A DNA stretch of 64,000 nt, from the NCBI RefSeq assembly GCF_963921235.1, contig NC_086108.1, positions 97,466,001 through 97,530,000 of the forward strand, read 5' to 3'. Below are positions 37,690-51,790 of this stretch, one piece after another (the stretch's first letter is position 1; every line of letters begins with the position of its first letter). The notes under the pieces were generated by a model, which had not been told where the DNA came from, did no database searches, and saw only the letters and a list, made by a program, of their open reading frames with translations. Origin of the DNA: Mobula hypostoma. Taxonomy: Eukaryota. A program made the position numbers and the translations under genes.

Positions 37690-38140
37690 ACCCCAACCCG
37701 TACATCTCTGGAATGTGGGAGGAAACCAGAGCCCCTGGAGGAAACCCATGTGGTCACGGGGAGAACGTACAGTCTCCTTATAGACAGCGTCAGGAATTGA
37801 ATTCCAATCGGTAATCACTGGTGCTGTGAAGCCAGTATACTGTTGCGCCACATTAGTGTAGCGGTTAGTGCATTATTATTACAGGAGAACTTGTACGTCC
37901 TCCTTGGGGAATGCACAGTTTTTTCCCGGGTGCTCTGTGTTTCTCCCACAGTCTGGGTAGCTTAATTGGTCATTGTCAATTGCCCCGTGATTAGGTTAGA
38001 ATTAATCGGGATTGTGGGTTTACTGGGGTGGCGTGGTTTGAACAGCCGGAAGGGCCTTCTCTGCAGTATATTGCTAAATAAACAAATAAATAAATAAATA
38101 AACAAACAAAGTGAGGTGCCAACCACTACACTACCATGCC
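37690..38140 (-). mobile_element. V-SINE with a second V-SINE (~37846-38110, +) nested inside
   Basis: Two V-domains in opposite orientation; inner (TAAA)n tail. Confidence 0.7.
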
Positions 38141-39094
38141 ATCCTCACTCCCTCACAGACACTGATAAGCTTCCAACTGCAGGATGGCAAGCAAATAAAT
38201 TGTTTCCCGTGTATCTCAGTACACATGGCAATAATAGATTTGATACCTCACTACCTCATCTCCTAACACTCAACTGATCCACCTCTGAGCTTCCGAGGAG
38301 TGCTCTAACCTTCCAGGATCTGTGCTCCCCCCAACCTTGGCACTGGCCTCCCCTTTTCATTTCCCTTTGCACCTTCAGAGAAATCCGCTTAAAAGCTTAC
38401 ACTTCTCAACCAGCTGACTGCATCATGATGCTAATTCAAGCAGGTACTGGCTTCCTCTAATGATCTTTCCTTCCAGAGCAGCACCACCTCCAGTTCTAAA
38501 CTGGCAGAGGTTCATTTGGGTAGGAGCAGTTAGTTTGTGGCCCACTGCATGCAGGAGAGTGGAGTGGTTCAGTTACTGGCCTGTCAGACAGACCTCTGGA
38601 CACTTGATCCAGTAATGTGAACCAGAATAAACCCATTTATTTAATTACATAAAGCTGGAAGTTAGGAAAACAAAACTAATCTCAGTAATAATAACTCGGA
38701 AACTATTGGATTGTTATAAAATCCTTCAGGGAGGAAATGTGCCAACAATAATCTTATTTTAAAATCAGTAATCAGCAATGCATTGTTTCCCCCAGGTTCC
38801 CAGTTAGCCCCAGTGGGCAAAGTCCAAAAGTTCAAGGTTCAAAGTAAATTTATTATCAAATTATGTATATGTCACCATATACTACCACAAGATTCATTTT
38901 CTTGCAGGCATTCACAGTAGAACTAAGGAATAAAGTAGAACAAGGATCAACCTTATTCGCCATATATATTTACTTGTATTAGGAATTTGCTGTGGTGTTG
39001 GTCAGGGCGTAGCATGTAACAATAAACAACATTCAGCAATTATTAAGAATAAAGAACTGTCAGATACGATAGAAAAACGTACACCAAATGAACA

Positions 39095-39638
39095 AAATCA
39101 CTGCTGACACCTAGTGCAGATAAAGGGACCACCTTCATACAATGCTTTCGATGACTGCATCCTCAAAATTTTCATTTTCATTGTAACATTCAAGATGATT
39201 GTCGATACCTTCAAATTCTTTGTAGTTTCTAACTGATTGAAGTAGTGAATTCATTGTATCTTCGCTCCCGGTTATTTCTGGCATCTTAAAGCCTAAATGC
39301 TTGAAACTGTGGTGAGCAAAACCGTTCTGAAATGTCTTGTTGCTTATTTCTCACAGACTATCAGTGACAAACAAAATCACTGCTCTTTGAGCACAAGCAT
39401 GGACAACTGACGCTATTTAAACCTGTTTGCTCTCAGTACAGCGTAGAGTCTAACAGCTACACAAGTGCGTGCATCTGACACTGGATAGAAACTGTTCAGC
39501 ACCAGTCTCCTGTCCCAATTAAGCAGCACAGTGTCTCAAATAAACAAAAAGAATCCTGATTTGTTTTTATTCATCAAGAGTTGTCCCAACAAGCAGCTGG
39601 CCTGATTAACCAATAGATCAATTAACTGCAATCCACTG
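39095..39638 (-). mobile_element. Tigger/pogo-like DNA transposon fragment
   Basis: TA|CAGTGGATTGCAGTTAATT end at 39638; degraded EISNKTFQNGFAHHSFKH and NYKEFEGIDNHLECYNEN on minus strand. Confidence 0.6.
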
Positions 39639-40020
39639 TATTACTATAAATTAAGCTATAGAGATGAAAGCAGATGTCACAGGTTGAAGCAGTAAAGAGT
39701 AATTTGAGGAACGATATCAGTAAATTCTTTTCACAAACTGTGTTCAATATATGGAGATGATCACAAGAGAATTCTGGGAGAAGTGGGTGCTTAAGATTTT
39801 GGAAAAATCAATAAAGAATGCCACGCGTTGTATTAGGAACTGGACAGTGATATTTAGATGCACCAAGCGAGTTTTCTGCACTTAAACTGGGATCTAGGTA
39901 CTATTTCATCCAAATTACCAATTAACATGATGTCTTCTAAACTAATTTAGGAATCTGAAAAGTGAAGGAGAATTGGAAGTAAATGGTTTCAGTTCAAATA
40001 CTGTTCGTCACCACGTGCTG

Positions 40021-40429
40021 TTAGAGGAATGAAGAGGATCTCATTGAAACCTCTTCAATATTGAAAGGCCTAGAAAGAGTGGATGCGGAGAGGATGTTTC
40101 CTATGCTGGGGGAGTCAAGGATCAGAGGATACAGCCTCAGAATACAAGGGCATCCCTTTAGAACAAAGGTGAGGAGAAATTCCTTTAGCCAGAAGGTGGT
40201 GACTCTGTGGAATTCATTGCTACAGACAACTGTAGAGGCCAAGTCATCGGGCATACTTAAAGCTGAGGTTGATAGGTTCTTGGTTACTAAAGGCGTCAAA
40301 GGCTACGGGGAGGAGACAGGAGAGTTACATTGAGAGGGATAATAAATCAGCCATTATGGAATGTCAGAACAGACTTAATAGGCTGAATGGCCTAATTCAG
40401 CTCCTAAATCTTATTGCCTTTTGGTCTTG
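40021..40429 (+). mobile_element. 5'-truncated CR1 3' end flanked by a ~190-bp direct duplication
   Basis: KGLERVDAERMFP..NSFSQKVVTLWNSL; flanks 39831-40020 and 40430-40614 align. Confidence 0.85.
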
Positions 40430-42624
40430 TACCAGGAACTCTGGACAGCTGTATTTAGATTTGACTTTTTTCCATTTAACCTGGGTTCTTGGTACTATTT
40501 TACCTAAACCACCAATTAACTTGGTGCCTTCTAAACTAACTCAGGAATCTGAAAAGTGAAAGAGAATTGAAGGTAAACGTTTTCATTTCAAATGCTATTC
40601 TTCACCGTGTGATGAAAGGAAAGAGAATTTAAATGAATAATAAAGAGATATTATTACTGTTGAGAATTATTTATATTCAAAAATGTTCCGGTGACTTTGA
40701 TAATGTACTGTCAATAGGAATTGTTACTGCTCCAGCCAGCGAAGTGGAGGGAAAGCAGTCTGCTGAAGAGAGAACCCTTGATAATTAGCTTGTCCTTTTG
40801 CATAGAGTTGGGAAAGCAGTAGGGGGCCCCCTATACAGAGAGCATACTTGTGCCAGTACAAAGCCTAGCTGGAGATAAGAGGAAAAGCTTGAGGGACGTT
40901 CATCATTAAGTACTAGTGTGAAGATTAGTAGGCTGTATGACAGGATTAGCAAAGGAGAGCCTGCTATATTGGTTAATTATGCATTAAGGCTTAATAAATA
41001 AAACATATGTAATTGTACATCCATTTTATTACAAGCTACCATTAAGTAAGATTAAAATTAATTAAAGGAGAGCCACGTCCATTAGATTGTTTCTTTAAAA
41101 TTTAACAAATCAAACATACGTTTTGTTAAATTTGGCACAATGCTCTATCTTTCTTGCACTTTGTAGATGTCAGTTCTTTGCAATTAAACTGACCTATCGA
41201 CCACTAACCACTAAAAGCTTCCAAGCAATTTTCCCTAATTAGCAAGTAGATAGGCAAATATATTGTTTTGGTTTTTAACTACAGTTTGTTTATTCATTTA
41301 AAACACATTTCCCTTTTCCTAAAATGAAATTTCAGTTGGAGTTAGGGTCTTATCATAAACTTGGGCAACCTTGGCATCTTCTTTAATTTATGGAATTCGG
41401 AACTGATATGCAGTTGTAACCGGTTTTAAATACTGTGGGTGATTGGGGAGCTTGGGAACATGGGTCTTAAATGACTGAATGCAAGTGCTAGAAGAATATC
41501 AGCTCTCTGATCTCTAGCCGTTAAACCTCAAATCATATTTCTCCAAACTTTAGTAATAAAAGTTCAAAGAATTTTGTCAAAATACAAATTTTAGGGGGTG
41601 CCCAGTAGAGTTTTGAAGATATATTTATGGGATTTTGCTTTAAGGGAATTGATTTGGTAGAAGATGAAAGCAAAGACTATCTTCGAAGCTTTATAAGAGA
41701 AAGCTTTGGATCTCCTGGTCATTTTCCCGATATGCCTGGAAGGCACTACGTTGTAGACAATGCCATTACATACCAATGTGGATTTTGCTGAACTCTATTG
41801 ACTTTTTTAAACGTTTGAAGATTTCACATCAAATAATATGAGATACCGATGATCAAGTAGAGAAATTACTGACAGAAGTGTTATTAATATTTCAAATTGT
41901 TTTTTTTTTGTTGGACTCAATTTACCAATGCCCCCAAACTACAGAAAAACAAGAAAGCATTTCCAAATATAGGAACTATTACAAAGACAGTTTAGCTCAT
42001 CAATCGCACAGCTGGAGAGTTTGAAAACAACTCAGTTCTTCCTGAGCCCCTGAAATTTGGTAGAAACACAGAGCTTTTAAATATTATAAGGATTTTACAA
42101 GGTTATCCAGCTACACAAACTGATGGACAGCACAGCAATGTGTAAGAAAATTTGTCACAAGTAAAGATATAGTGTCACAATTGGAAACTGTTTTGATTCT
42201 CTGGATTAGTAATCTGTCTTTTTGATGAGGTGTCTGAAAGTAAACAGAATTGGCAATGAAGTTAAATCGAAGGTGCTGTACTAAGAGTCAGCCAGAATAC
42301 ACACATAAGCTGCTTTAAACTAGAACCAGAGCTCTTCCTTGAAGAAAATAAGAACACGTGAAATAGGTCCCGGAATAGGTTGTAGGGTCTCTTGAGATTA
42401 CTCTGCCATTTAATACGACCATGGTCTGATCTCATTTTGGCCTCCACACAGCTTGCCTGCTTGCTCCCCATAACTTCCAACTTCCCCACTTACTGAAAAA
42501 AACACTCAAAATCAGACACAGGTTTATTGACATAGGTTGTGAAATGTGTTGTTTTGTGGCAGCAGTGCGGTGCAAAGGATAAAAAAGATCATAAGTTACA
42601 AAGTAAATAAATAGTGCAATAAAG

Positions 42625-42995
42625 GTGATGGGGTGGAGATATGTCTCTTCCAACAGAGGTGTAAGGCACTCTTCACCTCCACAGGCCTGTAGGTCACCCT
42701 TGGGCAAGGTATAGCACTTGCTTAGCCCCCCAATCAGAGCCACTTGAAGCCATGGGAGCAGGTAGTGGATGTCCATATGAGCAGCTGGTGCATGTCACAA
42801 GTCCTGGTTATGCGACCACCGACACCAGGCAGACGATTGCTGAAGAGTATTGATAATGGCCGGGGTCACCCATCTTGTAAAGGCACTGCCCAGAAGAAGG
42901 TAATGGCAAACCACTTTGGTCAGAGAATTTAGCCGAGAACAATCATGGTTGTGGATAGACCACGATCACCCACGTCATATGGCACGGCACATAAT
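42625..42995 (+). mobile_element. Short RTE-related retroposon nested in a Rex1 3' fragment (~42510-43380, -)
   Basis: Homologous to 22320-22700; ends cacgtcatatggcacggcacataatga. Confidence 0.6.
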
Positions 42996-45035
42996 GAACA
43001 AAGTACAAGAAATGAATAATGAGGTCGAGTTCATGGGTTCATGGACCATTCGGAAATCTGATGATGAAGAAGAAGCTTTTCTTAAAAATCACCTGCCCCT
43101 CCTGCCTGATGACAGTAAAGCAAAGACAGGATGTCCCAGATGATGATGATCTTTAGTGATGGATGCCAGCTTCTTGAAGCACTCATCTTGAAGATGCCCT
43201 CAATAGTGGGAAGTATTGTGCCTCTGCTGAAATTAGCTGGGCCTACAACCCTCTGCAGCTTGTTCCAATCCTGTCTGTTGGAGGCTCCATATCAGGCTTT
43301 CCACCATAATCTGTAGAAAATTTGCAAGAGTCTTTGGTGACATATCAAACCTCCTGAAACTCATAACAAAGTTGAGCTGCTGTGATTATGCTTAGTAGCT
43401 CATCGTCCGCAGATCTCGGGGGTAGAAAAATCCAAAGATTCACAACCCTCTGAGAGAAGACATTCCTCCTGACAGAATCACAGAGTTATAGAAAAGTTCA
43501 GCACAGAAACAGGCCCTTCAACCCATCTAGTCTATGCCAAAACCATTTGAACTGCTGACTCCCATCTGTCTAAAATGGGTAAGCCTTATTCAGAAATTAT
43601 ATCCCCTACTGCTAGATCCCCCCAAGAGAGAGCAGCCAGGACGTTGACCTTTGAAGTTTAAAGTTTGTCACTGAAAGGAGTAGCAAACATTTTGACTAAA
43701 GGTGGGTTGGTTTATTCCAAAAATAAATCTTGTACAGCAATTACTACATGACTCTTTTGTCAGTCCATTATTTTAATAAGAGAATCCTTTAATTGGCGGG
43801 TGTAAGTGATTGCACATTTATCAAAATAGTAAGATTTACTAATAGGCAGAGAGAGATCGAGAGGAATTAATATATTGTAACCGAAAGTTTAAACCCGTGA
43901 TTACAGATGGAACAATTAATCTTTGTCGGCAGTGCTGGCTACTCTAACTGGTCTATTCTAAAAAAAACTCTTGACTAATGCTGTGGTTGTATTTCACGGA
44001 CGTTAATGGTGCACTGGTGCCAAGGGGTGGTTTGTTGCTGCCAAAACGGACCGGTGTCGGTGAGAGAGTAGTCTATCTTTTGTTTCACACCTGTTGTGCG
44101 ATGATTGCAGGTGGAAGGGAAGGCAAATGCCACAGCCAGTGTCTGCACACTGAAGGCCAAGAGGTACACCTAATTGTCCTGGGGTCTCCTGTATTGTCAC
44201 AGAAAGGCCTAATTACGAGTTAAGGAACAAGCACCTCATTTTCTGTCTGAGCACATTGCTAACTTTTGGACTCAATATTGAATAGTACACCTTGAAGTAA
44301 TTTGATCTGACGATAAGACATAGGAGGAGAATTAGGCCATTCAGCCCATTGAGTCTGCTGCACCATTCCATCACGACTGATTTATTTTTCCCTCTCAGCC
44401 ATTCTCCTGCCTTCTCCCCATGGCCTTTGACACTCTTACTAACGAAGAACCTATCAACCTCCACTTTAAATATACCGAACGACGGCCTCCACAGCTGACT
44501 GTGGTATGGAATTCCATAGATTCAACATCCTCTGGCTAAAGAATCTCCCACTAAAGAATTCTCACTCTGTATCAGTTATATATCTACAATATTAGCCCCG
44601 ATGAAAACTTGTTTGGCCTTCCCTGTGAGCATGGAGAAGATGTCCACCCTGAACTGCCGGGCTTATCATCCTGCTCTGCATTTTGCAACTCCCATATTCT
44701 TGTGTCTAAGTTTTTCGTCCATATTTTCACCCTTTAACTACTCCCAGTACTCACTGAACAGACAATCTGGTCCCCATAGTCATCCCAGCTTCACCCCATC
44801 AAAGATATCTTCTCTCCCCTACTCTACACTACAAGCTTCTTTGGTCTCCTTTTCAGCTCAGCTGATCTCCAAACTTAAACATTACCTCTGTTTCTCTTCC
44901 CACAGATACAGTCTGACTAGCCGAGTATTTCCAGTTTTTCTGCTTTTGTTTTCGATTTCCCTATTCAGCAGATTGATACTTTGTTTTCACTAACAAAGAG
45001 CTTAATTGCCTGTTTGGGGCTGTTTATTGACGGAG

Positions 45036-46106
45036 AAACATAGAAACATAGATACATAGAAAATAGGTGCAGGAGTAGGCCATTCGGCCCTTCGAGCCTG
45101 CACCGCCATTTATTATGATCATGGCTGATCATCCAACTCAGAACCCCGCCCCAGCCTTCCCTCCATACCCCCTGATCCCCATAGCCACAAGGGCCATATC
45201 TAACTCCCTCTTAAATATAGCCAATGAACTGGCCTCAACAGTTTCCTGTGGCAGAGAATTCCACAGATTCACCACTCTCTGTGTGAAGAAGTTTTTCCTC
45301 ATCTCGGTCCTAAAAGGCTTCCCCTTTATCCTCAAACTGTGACCCCGTGTTCTGGACTTCCCCAACATCGGGAACAATCTTCCTGCATATAGCCGGTCCA
45401 ATCCCTTTAGGATTTTATACGTTTCAATCAGATCCCCCCTCATCTTCTAAATTCCAACGAGTACAAGCCCAGTTCATCCAGTCTTCCTTCATATGAAAGT
45501 CCTGCCATCCCAGCAATCAATCTGGTGAACCTTCTTTGTACTCCCTCTATGGCAAGGATGTCTTTCCTCAGATTAGGGGACCAAAACTGCACACAATACT
45601 CCAGGTGTAGTCTCACCAAGGCCTTGTACAACTGCAGTAGTACCTCCCTGCTCCTGTACTCGAATCCTCTCGCTATAAATGCCAGCATACCATTCGCCTT
45701 TTTCACCGCCTGCTGTACCTGCATGCCCACTTTCAATGACTGGTGTATAATGACACCCAGGTCTCGTTGCACCTCCCCTTTTCCTAATCGGCCACCATTC
45801 AGATAATAATCTGTTTTCCTATTTTTGCCACCAAAGTGGATAACTTCACATTTATCCACATTAAATTGCATCTGCCATGAATTTGCCCACTCACCCAACC
45901 TATCCAAGTCACTCTGCATCCTCTTAGCATCCTCCTCACAGCTAACACTGCCACCCAGCTTCGTGTCATCCGCAAACTTGGAGATGCTGCATTTAATTCC
46001 CTCATCCAAGTCATTAATATATATTGTAAACAACTGGGGTCCCAGCACTGAGCCTTGCGGTACCCCACTAGTCACCGCCGGCCATTCTGAAAAGGTCCCG
46101 TTTATA
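45036..46106 (-). mobile_element. Young 5'-truncated CR1, same subfamily as 3448-6651
   Basis: Near-identical to 5587-6651; one break at 45440-45443; (TTTCTATG)n tail. Confidence 0.95.
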
Positions 46107-46271
46107 ACTGACATGGGTCAGTTTGCCAGAGAACTATTTTTTGTTTACCTGCAAGATGCACTGAATGAAATCTTGCCTCCAATTGAGACCACTCAATAAA
46201 GAGAACCGCCTCGTGGTCCCTCCGAACTCCAAGTGCGTGCCCAGATCCTGTGGCAACATTTGAATCCCACA

Positions 46272-46910
46272 AAGTTCAAAGTGAAACTATTATTAAAGTA
46301 CATATTATATTACTATATACAACCCTGTGATTCATTGTCTTGCAGGCATACTCTATAAATCCATAGAATAATAATTATAACAGAATCAATGAAAGACTGC
46401 ACCGACTTGGGCATTCAACCAGTGTGCAAAAGACAACAATCTGTGCAAATACAAAAAGAGAGAAATAATAATAATAATAATAAATAAATAAGCAACTAAT
46501 ATCAAGAGCGTGAGATGCAGAGTCCTTGCAAGTGAGCCCATAGGTTGAGGGAAAAGTTCAGTGACGAGGCAAGTGAAGTTGAGTGAAGTTATCCCATTTG
46601 GTTCAAAAGCCTGATGGTTGAGGGGTAATAACTGTTCCTGAACCTGGCGGTGTGGGTCTTGAGGCTCCTATACCACCCCCTTGTGAGAGAGAACATGACT
46701 TGGGTGGTGGAGGTCCCTAATAATGGATACTGCTTTCTGCAACAGTAGATGTGCTCAACGGTGGGGAGAGCTTTATCTGTGATGAACTGGGCCATGTTCA
46801 CTAATTCTTCTCGGATTTTCCATTCAAGGATATTGGTGTTTCCATGCCAGGCTGTTGGACAGCTTGTCAATATACTCTCCATCACACATCTACAGAAGTT
46901 TCTCAAATTT
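46272..46910 (-). mobile_element. Rex1/Babar 3' fragment
   Basis: NFCRCVMESILTSC..YRSLKTHTARFRNSYYPSTIRLLN; actttgaact tail. Confidence 0.75.
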
Positions 46911-48382
46911 TTTGATTACAGCTTGTTAACACAGAAACTAATGCAATACAGATGTGTCAAATAGTGTTAGTTTCCAATTCTTTATGTTATGTTATGGCTT
47001 CACTCTTATGTACCAGGGGTTTTGATTTGGATTTCTTTTAAAGGATGCTTTTGTTCCGTTTGGGATCTTTTGCAGTACAAGTTGATAGGGTTGTTAAGGT
47101 ATATGATGTGTTGGTCTTCATTAGTTGGGCTGCGAGGTAATGTAGCTTTATAAAACACAGGCTAAACCACACTTGCAGTATTGGAATATTGTGTTCAGTT
47201 CTGGTTGCCTCTGTATGGGGAGAGATTTATAAGATGTAAATCAAACCTATCTTATGAGGATGGGTTGGGCGAGTGAGGGATTTTCTCTTTGGAGAGAAGA
47301 AGGATGAGCAGTAACTTGATAGAGGCATACAAGATTATAAGAGGCAGAGGTCAAGCGGACAACCAGAGACTTTTTCCCAGGGTGGAAGCGAGGGGGCATA
47401 ATTTTAAGGAGATTGGAGGAAAGTATATTTATTAACTATATTTGCACAATTTGTTTCTTTTTCCTAATGGACGTTTGTCAGTCCTTGTGTGTAGTTTTTC
47501 ATCGATTCTATTGTATTTCTTCGGTCAACTGTGAATGCCCGCAAGAAAATGAATCTCAGAGCAGTATATGTGCTTTGATAATAAATTAACTTTGAACTTC
47601 GATCCTGTAAAGAACCAGTTCTGTTATTAAGGGAGAAACATCATGCATACACAGTGTTGGATGTGTCCCTGAGTCAGTAATAATGATACATTTGTAAATC
47701 AAAAGAATCCATGTGGTGTAAACCACTAATTACCAAGGCCTAATACCATCAGTGAATAAAAATTTATGACTTAACACACATGGGAAGATTGCCATTTGTA
47801 ATCCTGCTTAAATCAAGCGTTCTCAATACAGCACATAGCATCAAAGTCATTGTAAAAATGTGATATGCCAAGCTGGATATGACAGGTAGGCACTTTAATA
47901 GAAGAAGGAATATTGGTAGCTCTTTTGTGCTTTTGACAATGGCTATTTGTAATGCTTGGACTATTAAAAACCAAAAGATTAGTTGGCTGTTGCAACAGAG
48001 CAGCGTATCGACGTACCATTCTTCTGTTTTATCTATTATGCAATACAACAAGGTGCATATTTAATACATTTAAATGAAGAGAATATTCTGAGCAGCACCA
48101 TTAAATCGTCCTCATCTACAATTCGTGGGCTTGTAGCCTAGTTTACTCCTGAGCTCCCTTTAAGTTAATTGATGGCTGGCTGTATAAGTGTGCTGCTTTA
48201 TAAAACATATACACATTTTCAAAGAACTTTGCAATCTTTTATTTTGCAGTAAGGTAGTCTGCCTTTTTAAATAACAATTTCATCAAGCTATCTTATGATG
48301 CTTATAGGTGTATACCCCAAGTGAATGTGTCATTACTCCACTCCACATTCACCCATTTGTAACCAAGCTACCATTATTTATT

Positions 48383-48680
48383 TTACAACAGCTTTCCTCT
48401 CACCTTTGTCTTGAAATCTATTAATAAAATATTACGCCTGGGGACATTCTTATTGTAAAAGTTGCTTCTCACCTTCTGCATTGCATAATTTGTTGGTGCA
48501 TAATATAGAATATTTTCACAATCTTCATGGTTCATTTTAGGATAATGAGTCACTTTAAATCGCATTGTTAGTCTTTCATCCATGGAATTCCATTGCTTCA
48601 AACCCTTCGCAGCGGTTGGAATGAGGAAGGAGCAATTGCCATTTTCCTTACTGTCAAATGCACCGTCCTTTCTCACTGCA
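48383..48680 (-). mobile_element. Ancient RTE-type endonuclease remnant
   Basis: WNSMDERL..RF..YAPTN..NFY..VPRRNILLIDFKTKV resembles the RTE APE domain. Confidence 0.55.
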
Positions 48681-49901
48681 CTTCCTTTCCGGAGCCACTT
48701 AACACAACTGATGCTCGGTAGTCACCAACACACTTCAGCGGGTTTCCCCGGATGTACCGTGGAGAGCATTCTGATCACCGTCTGGTCTGGAGGGGCCACT
48801 GCACAGGACCTGTAAAAGCTGCAGAGCGTTGTAAGCTCAGCCCTCCAAAAAGGGGCCATTCACCATTAAGGACCCTCACCACCCTGGTCAAGCCCTCTCT
48901 CATACTACCATCAGACAAGAGGTACAGGAGACCGAGACACACACTCCATGTTTCAGGAATAATTTCTCCCCCTCCGCCATCAGATTTCTAAACAGACAAT
49001 GAACCCACAAACACTACTTACAATTTTTGATCTTTTCTTGCACTACTTGTTTAATTACTTTATATATATTTCTTACAATTTTTCGTATATTTTGTGTTGC
49101 ACTGTACCGCTGCCACAAAACAACACGTTTCACCACATATGTCAGTGATAATAAACCTGATTCTGATACACATATCTTACATCTTCCTACTTCCCTGGAA
49201 GTGTGGACGGATCTGTTTGGCTGAGACGAACTGTGAATGCTCCACGTTCAGATGTGTCATGTTGATTCAGCTGTACAGAGTCAGTGTTGTAGCTGGGTTT
49301 TTGAAGTCTGCTTTTCTCCATCAGCTGTCACGTCTTCATTGCTGAAGCCGATTATGGCAGTTGTCTGCTGAAGATCCTGTATTGATTTCTCTGTAGTTTA
49401 CACAGTCCAATTACATTATCAGACAGGTGACTAGCTGGCTACACTTCTCCGGAATCACTTTGGTTATCCATCAGATTTCCACATTTATTTTCGTAGGAAA
49501 CACAATACACCATCTTGACCTTTCTTTGTTCAGTTCAAGTGAGCCTTACCTCTAGGCATTGACCACTTCCAACTGACATAAAACATTTTATCCAATATCA
49601 TAGAGTTAGTGCCATGATCATTCAAAAAGCCAGATGAGGTTTCTTTCTTGCTCTGCTTTGGCTTTTATTTTTCTTTCAAAGATCAGCAATGATTTGTTTT
49701 ACTCCTTTTCCATGTGTTTTATCCCCATTGCTTTCTGATACAAAGTCAATATCCTGCTTAGCATAAATGATAATTCACCCAAAGCAACAGAAGCTGACCT
49801 CAAGTATCTTATGTTTCAAAGGTTCAATGGTTCAGTTAACATCAGAGAATGTATACAGTATACAATCTGAAATTCTTATGCTCACAGACATCCACAAAAC
49901 A

Positions 49902-50140
49902 GGGCAACACGGTGGCGTAGTGGTTAGCACAATGGTTTACAGTACCAGCAACCCGGGTTCAATTCCCGTTGCTGCCTGTAAGGAGTTTGTGCGTTCCCCC
50001 CGTGACCACGTGAGTTCCCTCCAGGTGCTCTGGTTTACTCCTAATTTCCAAAGATCTACCGGTTGGTAAATTATTCCATGATGCTGGGTGGTGCACCTTG
50101 AAGGGGCAGAAGGACCTATTCTATGTCGATAAATAAATAA
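49902..50140 (+). mobile_element. V-SINE
   Basis: ggtggcgtagtggttagc A box, ggttcaattccc B box, V-domain. Confidence 0.8.
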
Positions 50141-50419
50141 CTCCAAGAACGATTGACAGAAACATCAGAACCCCAAAGCCTCCTTTTCCGCCTTCCTACG
50201 CAGCTGCAGAAGCATTGACCCTCTCCCCACTTGCACCAGTATCAACCCCACCCCCCTCGTCCCACCATGCAAGGAATAGCAAAGCCCCCAAAGAGCCCTT
50301 GAGAGACCATGCCTCTTTGGGGGCATTGTTTTTGTAACAAGTTCTTCCTGACTTGGTATTATTTGGACAGATAGGATGAGGAAGGAGTTAAAGAAGTTGG
50401 ATCTACTCTTACTACATAT

Positions 50420-51095
50420 GACCAGTGGTGTTCGGCGTGGATCTGTTCTGGATCACCTCCTCTTTTATAAGTGACTTGGATAAGGAAGTGAGAAACGGTG
50501 AGTTAGTAAGTCTGCAGAAGACATGAAAGCAGGTGGAGTTGTGGATAGTGTAGAAGATAGTCGGAGGTTACAACGGGACATTGACAGGATGTAGAGCTGG
50601 GCTGAGAAGTGGCAGGCGGAGTTCAACCTGGAAAAGTGTGAAGGTTGATTTTCAGGGCAGAATAAAAAGTTAATGGCAAGATCCTTAGCACTATGGAGGA
50701 ACAGAGAGATCCATAGGTCCTTCAAAGTTGTTTTGCAAGTTGATAGGGTTAATAAGAAGGTATATAGTGTGTTGGCCTTCATTAGTCAGGAGTTTGAGTT
50801 CAAGGGCCATGAGGTAATGTTGCAGTTCCATAAAATTCTGGTTAGAGCACACTTGGAATACTGTGTTTAGATTTGGTTGCCTCATTATAGGATATGGAAG
50901 ATTTAGAGAGGGTGCAGGAGAGGCAGATAAATTAGGGGCATTTAAGAAACTTTCATATAAGCACATGGATGATAGAAAAAGTGGAGCGCTGTGTAAGAGG
51001 GAAGGGTTATTTTTATCTTACAGTAGGTTAAAAGGTTGGCTCAACATCGTGGGTCAAAGTGTCTGTACTGTGGTATAATGTTCTATGTTCTATAT
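50420..51095 (+). mobile_element. Degraded, internally deleted CR1 3' half
   Basis: LVRAHLEYCV; tatgttctatgttcta-type tail. Confidence 0.7.
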
Positions 51096-51489
51096 TCCAC
51101 ATTCTTACTGATACTGATGTTAGTTGATAACTAATTTTGGGGAACTAGACAGAGTTGCATCAGCTGGTGCAACTGGTAATAGTAAATACTGAAGCCACCA
51201 ATCTAGAATAAATTCATTTTTCACACTTCTAATAGAATTTGGAAGACCTTCTGAAAAACAGAAATGTTATTTCAAGCAGTCTGACCATTATTTATCCCTC
51301 AGCTAATGACACAGAAAGACATTATGCAGCGACGACCACATTGCCAAATGTAGGAGGTTGCTCTAGAATGATTGGCTGATTCATCTGTAGTGTAACAACT
51401 GTAATAATTATCCCTTGTATGTTCTTCCTTGGCCAGAAAACACTCTGCACCAATGAGAAAAGGGCTTTATAAATGTTTTTTTTAACTGC

Positions 51490-51790
51490 TGTTTACACCA
51501 CTAGAATTTAGGGCAGCAATGAAGGTCCTCCATCTTTGTCTGTCCTTGGCTACTCAGATGTAGAAGGATTCATCATTACTGTTTCCATAACAATTCTGTT
51601 TTACTAGTCAGGGTTGTTAGCCTGAGCTGAACCCCTGAACCTGGAGGATCGGTGAACCACTCGCAGCCTGGCCTCTACCCTTTGACCTGCTTGGCATGGG
51701 TAATGCTAACTAGAGGTAAAGCATACAACCCTGACTGCAGCCAACATCGTTTTCTGGGTCACTGAGGCACGCAAGCCTTCAAACAAGGTT
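51490..51790 (-). mobile_element. Short RTE-related retroposon
   Basis: Homologous to 34140-34450. Confidence 0.6.
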
